64,000 bases of DNA from a virus. The stretch is from positions 20,532 through 84,531 of IMG/VR virus record IMGVR_UViG_3300028392_000053; one strand, 5' to 3'. Below the pieces are notes generated by a model. That model had not been told where the DNA came from. It ran no database searches and saw nothing but the letters and a program-made list of their open reading frames with translations. The position numbers and the translations under genes are program-made. The first letter of the stretch is position 1, and every line of letters starts with the position of its first letter. Shown here piece after piece: positions 47,320 through 56,772 of this stretch.

Positions 47320-47672
47320 TGGCATTGGTGAAACCACCATCACATTTTAGGCAGGCTCCACATGATGGAGCCTCGCCTTTTGACGATTTCAACTTCACAT
47401 ATAAAGATGTTGTAATCGGTGGTAAAATGGTGCAAGGTACGATCCGTGTGGCTGAACATAAGGTGCTCTCATATGGAACGGAAGAAGAATTTCGACAATT
47501 TTTGAAAACATCGATGGCACATCAAATGGCTGAATACATGATTTCAAATGGTCTTGTTGAATTTACACAACTGCGAGATAATATAACTCGTGATATCCTT
47601 GTGAGGTCCCGTTGTTACCTTGCACCAAGCGATCAAGTTAAAATATTGAGGATGCATTATGCTGGTACTTAA
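47319..47672 (+). CDS. hypothetical protein
   Basis: Coupled ORF. Confidence 0.55.
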   Translation: MALVKPPSHFRQAPHDGASPFDDFNFTYKDVVIGGKMVQGTIRVAEHKVLSYGTEEEFRQFLKTSMAHQMAEYMISNGLVEFTQLRDNITRDILVRSRCYLAPSDQVKILRMHYAGT

Positions 47673-48225
47673 AGAAATTGATAAAGAACATGTACTGCAA
47701 GTAAAGAAGGTTTTGTTTGAAAACATTAACTTTTTGCTGAATGGACTTCCAGAAACTCTTAGAGATTTCTTGAAGAATAATGCCATTCTTAGTGGTGGTG
47801 CCATTCCTTCACTCATGCATGATGAAACACCTAAAGACTATGATTTGTATTTACGGCATTCACACGACATAGCTTTTTTCAGACGATATGTAAATTCGGA
47901 TTTGGATAAAAATTTGATTCAAGATGCTGATGAAAAATATGTTGATGTGCAGATTGAAGGCAAATTGGTGACTGCAAATGCCACCACATTTAAAAATTCA
48001 ATACAAGTGATTACACTTGCTAATGCTGATTCACGTAGCACATTTGATTTTGTACATTGTATGCCTTGGTATGGAATATCAGACAACAAATTACATATAT
48101 CTCAAAAACAATACAATGCAATTCTTAACAAACATTTGATTAAGAATGAGCATCCAAATGCGTATGCACTATCAAAAAAACGTGTTGAAAAATACACAGC
48201 CAGAGGATGGAGTTTTCCCAAATGA
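47659..48225 (+). CDS. Pol-beta-type nucleotidyltransferase-like protein
   Basis: LSGGAI...PKDYDLY and TFDF motifs; ends RVEKYTARGW. Confidence 0.65.
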   Translation: MLVLKEIDKEHVLQVKKVLFENINFLLNGLPETLRDFLKNNAILSGGAIPSLMHDETPKDYDLYLRHSHDIAFFRRYVNSDLDKNLIQDADEKYVDVQIEGKLVTANATTFKNSIQVITLANADSRSTFDFVHCMPWYGISDNKLHISQKQYNAILNKHLIKNEHPNAYALSKKRVEKYTARGWSFPK

Positions 48226-48523
48226 AACTTAAATGTGGACCAAAGGACTATTCAGGTAAAATGCAATGGCACAATTGGTTCGCATGGTTTCCTGTCACTG
48301 TGGCAAACAATGATTGTCGATGGCTGGAAACTGTTGACAGACGCGGTAACATAGAGTATACTCCAGATGGTCGACAATACTGGAATTTTGAATACAAAGC
48401 GAGGACAATTTAACATGGAACTCTTTCACTTTTATCTTGATGCATGGAAATTTTGCAAAGACAATCATATTGATTCGAGCAATATTAAACGTCAAGATTG
48501 GGCAACATGGGCAGTAGAATTCA

Positions 48524-49723
48524 ATGAGTCGGAAGTTTAGAACTCTTAAAAGAAAGTCTTCTGTTTCGAAAAGAATCGATAGCTGGCTTGCCTCGCTTTC
48601 AAGAAGTGTCGGTAAATCTGGTGGAAAATCAAGAAAACAAAACCAAAAAAATGAAATTATATGGGCAGGTCAAATGACTAAGAAAAAACGTCTACAATGG
48701 TGGAGAAACGAAGGCATACAAATGAATGAAGAAAAAGCGAATGATATTTTCCTAGGTGCAAACGATATTGCAGACCTGTTTTTGACAAAGATTTTGCAGG
48801 AACGTTTTGAACGTGGTCTTGAAACCTTTCAAAAGCGTTTGAGCATGTATGCGTCAAAGAAAGAATGGATGGATTATATTGACACCATTCAAGACATCCG
48901 CCGTTTTCAATTTGAAAATGGCAATGGCTATTTCTTTGATGATGAATCACTGTCATACCTGTATTTCAACATTCACTCAACACACGTATCTGTTGAATTG
49001 GTTGGTGATGATGAATTCGTCAGAGACTATGAAACACGATTCGAAAAAGATTTTGAGTTCGTAACAAACCAAATTGAATGGATTTATTCCGCTGATGGTT
49101 CTTCTATTGAAATTCCACTCCGTCATGACCGTATGCCCGTTGAAGAAATGTATCCGTTTCTTGAAGGTCAAACACTCGCCGAATTTTATAACGGCTTCAT
49201 GCACTCATCTGCATCTATTCTGTTGTTGATTGGTCCACCTGGAACAGGAAAGACCACATTCATTCGTGGGCTACTACAACACTCTGAAGCATCCGCGATT
49301 GTATCTTATGATTCAAATGTTCTGGAGAAAGATTATGTTTTTGCCAACTTCATTGAAGGTGAAAAGAATGTTCTGGTTCTAGAAGATGCTGATATGTTCC
49401 TAAAAGCACGTTCTGAAGGTAACACAATGATGCACAAATTTCTAAACGTTGGTGATGGTCTTGTGACTACACGTAACAAGAAGCTAATCTTCTCCACAAA
49501 CCTCCCATCCATTCGTGATATTGATTCTGCACTTATCCGTCCTGGTCGTTGCTATGACATTCTACACTTTGATGAATTAAACCAAGAACAGGCTCAAAAG
49601 TTGGCATCAAAAGTTGGAACAAAATTGAACCTTGAACGTACTTCATGGTCAATCGCCGATGTGTTCTTTGAACAGAATACAAATATGAAAAAACCAATTC
49701 AAAACAAAATGGGGTTTGTATGA
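48524..49723 (+). CDS. AAA+ ATPase
   Basis: GPPGTGKT, VLEDAD, STN and DSALIRPGRC motifs; start may be at 48721. Confidence 0.85.
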   Translation: MSRKFRTLKRKSSVSKRIDSWLASLSRSVGKSGGKSRKQNQKNEIIWAGQMTKKKRLQWWRNEGIQMNEEKANDIFLGANDIADLFLTKILQERFERGLETFQKRLSMYASKKEWMDYIDTIQDIRRFQFENGNGYFFDDESLSYLYFNIHSTHVSVELVGDDEFVRDYETRFEKDFEFVTNQIEWIYSADGSSIEIPLRHDRMPVEEMYPFLEGQTLAEFYNGFMHSSASILLLIGPPGTGKTTFIRGLLQHSEASAIVSYDSNVLEKDYVFANFIEGEKNVLVLEDADMFLKARSEGNTMMHKFLNVGDGLVTTRNKKLIFSTNLPSIRDIDSALIRPGRCYDILHFDELNQEQAQKLASKVGTKLNLERTSWSIADVFFEQNTNMKKPIQNKMGFV

Positions 49724-49947
49724 TATATGAAATTTCTGACCACTATCAACAATATCAATACTTTTTAGAAGTGAATGATATACGTGAACTCAAACATGTG
49801 AAAATCATGACCAAATACCAAGGCGCTAAGTTTCCTGATGCCATACAGTCTAGGGTTGAGTTTTTCCTCAATCAAGATGAATGGAAGCGACTGGTCGAAG
49901 CCGTAACCAGCACCAAGTGACCTAGGCGCTCCTAGAGCGTTCCAGAC

Positions 49948-50009
49948 TGTTGTTTTTTTGCAACAAACGTGAAATAATGCTTGCCATTTTACTGTGGTTG
50001 TGTTATAAT
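49948..50009 (+). promoter_or_regulatory. early promoter with TGTTG-N8-CAACA operator
   Basis: TGTTG-TTTTTTTG-CAACA, 15 bp gap, then TTGCCA-N17-TATAAT. Confidence 0.75.
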
Positions 50010-50014
50010 ATATT

Positions 50015-50272
50015 ATGAATGCAAACTATTTTCGTATGTTAATCTCGGATGAGATTCGTGAAACACTTATGTGGTCCGGTCTCGCTGAGAATTTCCGTGA
50101 TATTCGAACCAAAGAAGTTGATTCTAAGGGTAAAACCTTCTATCGACTGAAAATGATTGATGGTGAGATTTTGGTGTATTCACCAAAAGTTATTTACATC
50201 AATGGCCACAAAACTCATTCAGTGAATGAGGCTAAACGTCATCTACAGTACAATTACATTGAAAAACTTTAG
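50015..50272 (+). CDS. hypothetical protein (probably leaderless)
   Basis: ATG follows TATAAT after a 5-bp gap. Confidence 0.6.
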   Translation: MNANYFRMLISDEIRETLMWSGLAENFRDIRTKEVDSKGKTFYRLKMIDGEILVYSPKVIYINGHKTHSVNEAKRHLQYNYIEKL

Positions 50273-50294
50273 ACTTGGTATTCTATGGAATCCA

Positions 50295-50309
50295 TGTTGC
50301 ACCGCAACA
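50295..50309. promoter_or_regulatory. PhaR-type operator candidate
   Basis: Perfect palindrome TGTTGC-ACC-GCAACA (TGC-N3-GCA core) upstream of a phasin-like ORF. Confidence 0.55.
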
Positions 50310-50388
50310 AAATATCCTATATAATCTAAGTAGTAATGCTAATATGATTACTGCTTTTATTAACCCTCGCTAAATTTAGGAGAAAAAA

Positions 50389-50607
50389 ATGTTCGCAACA
50401 GACAAATTCATCGATACCGTTCAAGGTTCCAAAAAGTATTTCGTGTCCACATTTATTACGGATGAAAACATTCGCAAACCACTTAACGCATTTGTTGATG
50501 CACAAACTGCATTCACGAAACAGATCGTAAAATCCTTCACTGATATTTCGACTCGCGTTACAGAGGAAGCAACAAACGCTGTGCAAAAAGCGGCCAAGGT
50601 AGTTTAA
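50389..50607 (+). CDS. phasin-like amphipathic helical protein
   Basis: 72 aa, Ala/Thr/Lys-rich amphipathic helices (FIDTVQ..K, AFVDAQTAFTKQ); strong AGGAG RBS. Confidence 0.55.
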   Translation: MFATDKFIDTVQGSKKYFVSTFITDENIRKPLNAFVDAQTAFTKQIVKSFTDISTRVTEEATNAVQKAAKVV

Positions 50608-50608
50608 T

Positions 50609-50752
50609 ATGATGAAGGTGTTCAAAAAACTATTTGTGAGTACATATAGTTCCGAATTAGAACAATTTATTTTATCTAGACATCCAAAAAACATTGGTGA
50701 CATTGAACGATTGACTATCGAATACAGTAGAAAATCCAAACAGTGTAACTAA
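50609..50752 (+). CDS. 47-aa protein (DUF3563-like, tentative)
   Basis: Manual translation MMKVFKKLFVSTYSSELEQFILSRHPKNIGDIERLTIEYSRK... Confidence 0.45.
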   Translation: MMKVFKKLFVSTYSSELEQFILSRHPKNIGDIERLTIEYSRKSKQCN

Positions 50753-50939
50753 TTGCTAAATAATATATCTTAGACAATTTTGGTTTTTTATTATGGACAA
50801 TTTTGAGTTATTCCTAGATCAGGTAAAGATATATCAAGAAATCGAAAAACACCGAAAGAGAAGGATTTATGCCTTGACTTTTGGTGTTTTTTGTTTTATG
50901 ATGTTGGTTGGGTTTTATTTTTTTTATTAAGAGGTTATT

Positions 50940-51236
50940 ATGACTACATTCGTTGAAGTTAATTCCGTTGCACCTAAAAACTGCAAACTCATTGTCAATC
51001 TAGACAATGTAATTGAGATTGCACCATTGGTTTCGGGTGGCTGTGTTCTCTATTTTGCCGCACAAGAAGCCGGCGGTCCACGCACCATGACAGTATCAGA
51101 TAGCTATACTGCATTCATGCAATTCGCAATGCAAACAGTTTCGGCTGATGATATTGCAAAACGCTTTCCAAAAGTCAAGAAAGATATGCCAACAATCAAG
51201 GCACAAGAAGACGGTAAAGGTGTTGAATTTAATTAA
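50940..51236 (+). CDS. hypothetical protein
   Basis: GAGG RBS. Confidence 0.6.
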   Translation: MTTFVEVNSVAPKNCKLIVNLDNVIEIAPLVSGGCVLYFAAQEAGGPRTMTVSDSYTAFMQFAMQTVSADDIAKRFPKVKKDMPTIKAQEDGKGVEFN

Positions 51237-51239
51237 TTC

Positions 51240-51527
51240 ATGTATCATACACTAGAAAACATTTTTGGTTGGATTAAAAATGATTATCGTTCTAATCGTT
51301 TTCGTTTTTTTGTTGAGTTGCTTGCTTGGGGGATTAGTATTGGTTGTGCAATCACCATGGCTGTTACAGTCCCCAATCCACCTCTATTGGCGTTGTATCC
51401 TATCTGGATTATTGGTTGCTCCTTGTATGCTTGGGCTAGTTATACTCGGAAATCTTTTGGGATGCTGGCTAACTACCTGCTCTTGGTGACAATTGATTCG
51501 GTTGGTTTGATTAGAATGGTATTATGA
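51240..51527 (+). CDS. three-TM membrane protein
   Basis: Hydrophobic helices; RKSFGMLANY motif. Confidence 0.6.
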   Translation: MYHTLENIFGWIKNDYRSNRFRFFVELLAWGISIGCAITMAVTVPNPPLLALYPIWIIGCSLYAWASYTRKSFGMLANYLLLVTIDSVGLIRMVL

Positions 51528-52324
51528 GAATTAAAATCTTCATTGTAACGTGGCAGGATCCAGTAGCACTGGAAGTAAACCTTCATACGTTATTTGAAGG
51601 TTTTAATCCTATACCAGAAGGTGTTGACATTCACGTTAACGTCATCAACAATCATACAAATTTCACAATCGATCCACGGTTTGCACCACATGTAAATGTG
51701 ATACACAATCGTGGAACTCCAGACTTTGCAACCGCAATGCTTGCACGTATGTGGAACATGGCAATCATTCACGGTTTCAAAAATCTAAATGAGCCTGATG
51801 CAGATATTGTTGTCACTGTCCAAGATGATACAGTATGGAATTATGATTGGATTCCACAACTACTCAAAGTGATGAAAGACTTTGACTTCTATGCTGATGA
51901 TGCTGGTGATATGGTGTGTGCATATACACCAAACGCAGTAAAGAAGATTGGCATGTGGGATGAACGCTTTCACTATGGATTTGGTGAAGGTGATTATTTC
52001 CTTCGAGCAATCAAATATTTACCAGAAAAATCTTCAATCAATGATTTTGCACATGGTCGTGTATGGAAACCAACACAACATCTCGCTAAACGTCCAGAAC
52101 CACATTCTGAACGGTATGAGGAACAATCCCGTTCACACAAATACAGAGAACTTTCGTGGGCTAATTTCCTATACAAATGGAAATTTACCGAAATGGAGGG
52201 CAGATGGCCTGAAAATATTCAAGAAATGGTATTGACAACACCTATTGTTTCTGCTACAATACTATATCCCTATTTTGAAATGGACATTGAAAACCTTAAA
52301 GAAAAAGGTTATGTCGTACCGTGA
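51524..52324 (+). CDS. glycosyltransferase family 2-like
   Basis: LARMWN, VQDD and IGMWDERF..GFGEGDYF motifs. Confidence 0.65.
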   Translation: MRIKIFIVTWQDPVALEVNLHTLFEGFNPIPEGVDIHVNVINNHTNFTIDPRFAPHVNVIHNRGTPDFATAMLARMWNMAIIHGFKNLNEPDADIVVTVQDDTVWNYDWIPQLLKVMKDFDFYADDAGDMVCAYTPNAVKKIGMWDERFHYGFGEGDYFLRAIKYLPEKSSINDFAHGRVWKPTQHLAKRPEPHSERYEEQSRSHKYRELSWANFLYKWKFTEMEGRWPENIQEMVLTTPIVSATILYPYFEMDIENLKEKGYVVP

Positions 52325-52336
52325 AAGAACTTGAAA

Positions 52337-52906
52337 ATGAATATATTTTATCTCGACAAAGATCCAAAAATTTGTGCTGAAATGCATATTTCTAAACACG
52401 TTGTCAAAATGATTATTGAGTATGCACAACTCATGTCAACTGCACACCGTGTTATTGATGGCTATGAAGAAATTGAAAAGCGTTATGTACACGGTTCCTT
52501 GCCTGCACGTTATCGTAACACAAAAGTGTGGCGTCTAACTGATGCACGTGATGCTACGCTATACAAAGCAACACACATGAACCATCCGTCTGCTATTTGG
52601 TGCCGTGCATCTGAAGCAAACTATGTATGGCTGTACAAAATGTGGGTTCACCTGCTTGAAGAATACACATATCGTTATGGTAAAATTCATGCATGTTCTA
52701 AATTGTTGGAACCTCTAAAAGTTGCACCAAAAAATATCACACAAAAACCTTTTACTGCACCAACACCAGCGATGCCTGATGATGTGAAAGTTCCCGGTAA
52801 TGAACTTGCATCTTACCACAATTACTACAACAAAAACAAACGTAGCTTTGCATCATGGCAAGGCAAAATCAACTCACGTTCAACTCCTTCTTGGTATACA
52901 ATATGA
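52337..52906 (+). CDS. pyrimidine-dimer DNA glycosylase (DenV-like)
   Basis: MNIFYLD, KHVVKMIIEYAQL, YKATHMNHPS and AMPD motifs. Confidence 0.75.
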   Translation: MNIFYLDKDPKICAEMHISKHVVKMIIEYAQLMSTAHRVIDGYEEIEKRYVHGSLPARYRNTKVWRLTDARDATLYKATHMNHPSAIWCRASEANYVWLYKMWVHLLEEYTYRYGKIHACSKLLEPLKVAPKNITQKPFTAPTPAMPDDVKVPGNELASYHNYYNKNKRSFASWQGKINSRSTPSWYTI

Positions 52907-53091
52907 ATGATGAACCTGAATATGATGTGGTGATTGATGTGTTACAGAAACACCATGATAAACTATGGCAAATGACAAAACGAAATATGAATTCTGAATT
53001 TCTTGGCATGGGTATCATGGATGATATCCGTCTAAGCCAAATGGATGAATTGAAAGAAGCAATTAAACTTTGGATAGCAAATAAAAAATGA
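52903..53091 (+). CDS. hypothetical protein
   Basis: Coupled ORF. Confidence 0.5.
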   Translation: MNDEPEYDVVIDVLQKHHDKLWQMTKRNMNSEFLGMGIMDDIRLSQMDELKEAIKLWIANKK

Positions 53092-53552
53092 GCAATTTAC
53101 ATAAACACGCTTTGATGGAATTTAAAGCCGCCAAATGGCTTGATGACAATGGTAATTATATTGATGATATGCAGGAAGCTATTTGCACTCATGTATTAAA
53201 GTTGCTTGAGGTCTTTTCAGCCGAAGAACACTCAGGCTCATCCGCACCATACGCCGTCGACCTGTTCAAGAAACTAGCCATGTTTGAACCTGTTGCACCG
53301 TTAACTGGTGAAGATTGGGAATGGGTGGAAGTAGGTGATGGTATATTTCAAAACAAACGTTGCTCACATGTATTCAAACAAGCCGATAGATTTGATGGCC
53401 AAGCATATGACATTGATGGTATCATCTTCTATGATTGGTACACTGATGAAGATGGTAATAAAAGTAAATCGTACTTTACAGGTAGAGATAGTTGTGTTCC
53501 AATAACTTTTCCATACATACCAACCAAAGAATATAAAGAGAGAGTTGAATGA
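53088..53552 (+). CDS. conserved phage hypothetical protein
   Basis: HSGSSA, PLTGEDWEW and QNKRCSHVFK motifs. Confidence 0.7.
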   Translation: MSNLHKHALMEFKAAKWLDDNGNYIDDMQEAICTHVLKLLEVFSAEEHSGSSAPYAVDLFKKLAMFEPVAPLTGEDWEWVEVGDGIFQNKRCSHVFKQADRFDGQAYDIDGIIFYDWYTDEDGNKSKSYFTGRDSCVPITFPYIPTKEYKERVE

Positions 53553-53821
53553 AGCGTAATACGCAAACAGTAATGGCCGTACTCCAAGAAGAATGTGCGG
53601 AAGTGATTCAAGCGGTATCCAAAATAAATCGTTTTGGAATGCATGGTGAATGGCAAGGCGTCACAAATAAACAGGCACTTGTTACAGAGATTGGTGATGT
53701 GTTAGCAATTATCAAGGTTTTAATGAAAGAAACTGATATAAATATTACTGAGAATGATTTAGAAAAGGCTGTTGAAGCCAAATTGAAAAAATTAGAAATA
53801 TTTTTACCATATGAAAGTTAA
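53549..53821 (+). CDS. MazG-like NTP pyrophosphohydrolase
   Basis: QEECAEVIQAVSK..RFG and EIGDV motifs. Confidence 0.75.
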   Translation: MKRNTQTVMAVLQEECAEVIQAVSKINRFGMHGEWQGVTNKQALVTEIGDVLAIIKVLMKETDINITENDLEKAVEAKLKKLEIFLPYES

Positions 53822-53824
53822 ACT

Positions 53825-54409
53825 ATGAGATTGGACTCATTATTTCCTTCTGTTGTTGGTGTCGAACAACATAAAAATTGGTCCGATGCACTATTACCTG
53901 TTGTTAAAGATTATTTTGAGAATGCTACGAACACAAACGATTCATTTTATCACAATGGTCGAACTACACATGGAACGGGAATCGATATAAGAAATGATCC
54001 AAAATATTTGGGTTTTGGTGATTTCATTATCAATAAAGGACATGAGTTTCTTGAAAAACAGGGTTTCGAACCACACTCTGTTAAGTTTAATCCTTATTTC
54101 TTTTTAAATTCTTTTAAAGAGGGAAGTAGCCATCCAAGGCATGTACATTCACAGTGTACCATCTCAGGTATTTTCTACCTACAAACACCACCAGGTTCAT
54201 CAAAGATTAAGTTCACACCAAACCAACCATTTAGAGATTTTTATGATTATTTCTTTCATGTAAAAGATCCAACAAATTGGTATGCAATGTCACAATATGA
54301 ATATGAACCTTGTCCGGGTCTTCTATTGATGTGGCCAGCATGGCTCTATCACGAAGTTATGCCTAATCAATCAACCGATCCACGAATCTCTATTGTATTT
54401 AATTTATAA
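53825..54409 (+). CDS. putative 2OG-Fe(II) oxygenase (TIGR02466-like)
   Basis: HPRHVH, ISGIFYL, WPAWLYHEV and RISIVFN motifs. Confidence 0.8.
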   Translation: MRLDSLFPSVVGVEQHKNWSDALLPVVKDYFENATNTNDSFYHNGRTTHGTGIDIRNDPKYLGFGDFIINKGHEFLEKQGFEPHSVKFNPYFFLNSFKEGSSHPRHVHSQCTISGIFYLQTPPGSSKIKFTPNQPFRDFYDYFFHVKDPTNWYAMSQYEYEPCPGLLLMWPAWLYHEVMPNQSTDPRISIVFNL

Positions 54410-54410
54410 A

Positions 54411-54692
54411 ATGCCAACATACGTATTCATAAACAAAGAAACACAAGAACTTGAAGAACATGTACTCAGACTGTCTGTGTATGATGAATTCAAGGAACAG
54501 AATCCTCACCTAGAGAGATATCATTCTCCTGAAAATCTGCCAATCATGTCCGATGGTGTTCGACTGAGTACCCCTGGAACAGGTAAAGCAGACTCTACAT
54601 TCGAGAAATATGTCATCAATAGGATTAAGGAAAGTGTCCCCGGAAATACTTTGGGAAAATCACATAAAACAAAGATGCCGAGGGAATGGTAA
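54411..54692 (+). CDS. FmdB-like conserved T4-like protein
   Basis: MPTYVF..KET..E N-terminus; sits just upstream of phoH. Confidence 0.6.
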   Translation: MPTYVFINKETQELEEHVLRLSVYDEFKEQNPHLERYHSPENLPIMSDGVRLSTPGTGKADSTFEKYVINRIKESVPGNTLGKSHKTKMPREW

Positions 54693-54715
54693 CCACGTAA
54701 AACAAAGGGGTATTA

Positions 54716-55480
54716 ATGGCTAGTAGAAAATCTCCAGTTCAAAGAAGAAATGAAGTTATCGGTGCAGATGAATATACACATCAGCCCGCAACGACAAACG
54801 CACTAAAAATCAAACTAGACCATCTAAAAACGTTTGAGCCATTAACAGATAATCAAAGATTATTCTTTGATGCATACAAAAGAGGAGACTATTTCTTAAC
54901 ACTCCACGGTGTAGCAGGTACAGGTAAAACTTTTTGTGCATTGTATAAAGCACTCGAAGAAGTTCTAGATAAAAACAATCCATTTAAGAAAATTATTATT
55001 GTTCGCTCTGCGGTACAATCCAGGGAAATTGGACATTTACCCGGTGATGTTACGGAGAAAATGGAGATTTATCAACAACCATACGTTCAAATTGCAGACA
55101 CACTTTTTGGAAGAAAAGATGCATATCAAAGGTTGGCTGAGCAAGGTTTTGTAGAATTTATTTCCACATCATTTATTCGTGGTATGTCATTTGATGATGC
55201 AATCATTATTGTGGATGAAATGCAAAATATGACATTCGAGGAAATTGATACTGTAATGACACGTGTTGGTTATCGTTCAAAGATTATCTGGTGTGGTGAT
55301 TACCGTCAAACAGACCTCAACAAGAAAAAGAATGATGTGTCGGGTATTCTTAAATTCTTTGATGTTGCATATCACATGAATGCATTTACGAAGATTGAAT
55401 TTACTGTTGATGACATTGTGCGTAGTTCGCTTGTTAAAGACTATATCATAGCCAAACTAAAATATGAGGACGCGGAATGA
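54716..55480 (+). CDS. phoH: PhoH-like ATPase
   Basis: GVAGTGKT, IGHLPG, FIRGMSF, DEMQN, GDYRQTDL and DIVRS motifs. Confidence 0.93.
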   Translation: MASRKSPVQRRNEVIGADEYTHQPATTNALKIKLDHLKTFEPLTDNQRLFFDAYKRGDYFLTLHGVAGTGKTFCALYKALEEVLDKNNPFKKIIIVRSAVQSREIGHLPGDVTEKMEIYQQPYVQIADTLFGRKDAYQRLAEQGFVEFISTSFIRGMSFDDAIIIVDEMQNMTFEEIDTVMTRVGYRSKIIWCGDYRQTDLNKKKNDVSGILKFFDVAYHMNAFTKIEFTVDDIVRSSLVKDYIIAKLKYEDAE

Positions 55481-55725
55481 GTACAGAATATGACAAGCTA
55501 AAACACAGCAGACGTATTCATGCCGATGAAACTGCTATCAAGAAACAAATGAAGATTGCAAAATCTCACGGCATTGAAATAAAAGAACCACACAAGTTGG
55601 CCAAACATCACGTACTGGATTGCGGTCGACCTGGTTGTATCATGTGTGGTAATCCACGAAAAATATGGAAAGAAGAAACAATTCAAGAGAAACGTTTCAA
55701 ACAAATTGAGATTGAATTAGAATAA
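55477..55725 (+). CDS. hypothetical Zn-binding basic protein
   Basis: CGRPGCIMCGNPRK...TIQEKR motif. Confidence 0.6.
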   Translation: MSTEYDKLKHSRRIHADETAIKKQMKIAKSHGIEIKEPHKLAKHHVLDCGRPGCIMCGNPRKIWKEETIQEKRFKQIEIELE

Positions 55726-55726
55726 T

Positions 55727-56386
55727 ATGTTTACACATTGCCCACCAATGGTTCTTCCGGACCTAAAATCGGAAACACATACTGACGGTAAACGTTACTA
55801 CACATCACCAAGCGGTAAACGTTTGCCTTCTGTGACAACTGTTGTTGGTGCAATGAAGAAACAAGCAATTATGGAATGGAGAAATCGTGTTGGCGAAGTT
55901 GAAGCCAACCGAATCTCCAAACTTGCAACGGGCCGTGGTAATCGTGTGCATGACCTTGCAGAACGATATCTGAAGAATGAGGAGATTGTATGGGTGCGGG
56001 AAATGCCCGATTCGGTAGAAATGTTCCGTACATTGATTCCACACCTCCATAGAATAAATAATATACATTATATTGAACAGGCACTTTGGTCTGAACGAAT
56101 CGGTTTAGCTGGTCGTGTTGACCTCATTGCTGAGTGGGATGGTGTTTTATCTGTAATCGACTTTAAAACATCGAAGAAGATTAAGAAAAAGGAAGACATT
56201 CAAGACTATTTTGCACAATGCACAGCATATGCTGGTATGTACGAAGAACATGTTTCTGTACCGGTTGACCAAATTGTGATTGTTATGGCAGTTGAGAATG
56301 AAGAACCTCTGATTTTCATAGAGAAAACTGGAGATCATATAAATACCTTGTTGGAACACATAGAGTTCTATTTAAATAAAAAATGA
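55727..56386 (+). CDS. PD-(D/E)XK exonuclease (Cas4-like)
   Basis: PSVTTV, RGNRVH, AGRVDL, IDFKTS and QCTAY motifs. Confidence 0.85.
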   Translation: MFTHCPPMVLPDLKSETHTDGKRYYTSPSGKRLPSVTTVVGAMKKQAIMEWRNRVGEVEANRISKLATGRGNRVHDLAERYLKNEEIVWVREMPDSVEMFRTLIPHLHRINNIHYIEQALWSERIGLAGRVDLIAEWDGVLSVIDFKTSKKIKKKEDIQDYFAQCTAYAGMYEEHVSVPVDQIVIVMAVENEEPLIFIEKTGDHINTLLEHIEFYLNKK

Positions 56387-56397
56387 GGATAAATTAA

Positions 56398-56769
56398 ATG
56401 GCTACGACATTTACCTGGTCAATTGACCGTATAAGCACATTTCAAGAACCACAACCAAATTATGTGGCCGAAGTCTGCTGGACATTAATGGGTGTTGATG
56501 ACACTACTCCAGTTCTCGCTGATGCCATCGGTATTGGTGAAAATTATATGGCAACTGTGGGTGATAGAACCACACTTGTATTCACCGAATCAACATTTAT
56601 TCCTTATGCTGAATTGACAGAAGAAACACTTATTGGTTGGTTACAAAACACATTAGGTGTCTCGGGTGTCAATAGTGCAAAAGCAAAAGTACAAGCATAT
56701 ATTGATAGGATGATTAATCCACCAACAGTAGTTCCAAAAGATACTCCACTTCCTTGGGTACAAGGATAA
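56398..56769 (+). CDS. tail-fibre-associated phage protein
   Basis: FTWSI, FIPYAELTEE..IGW and PLPW motifs typical of fibre-associated genes. Confidence 0.6.
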   Translation: MATTFTWSIDRISTFQEPQPNYVAEVCWTLMGVDDTTPVLADAIGIGENYMATVGDRTTLVFTESTFIPYAELTEETLIGWLQNTLGVSGVNSAKAKVQAYIDRMINPPTVVPKDTPLPWVQG

Positions 56770-56772
56770 AAA

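Noticed and set aside
55727-56386. Cas4 as part of a CRISPR system
   Set aside because: Standard T4-like PD-(D/E)XK exonuclease next to phoH; no array or other cas genes
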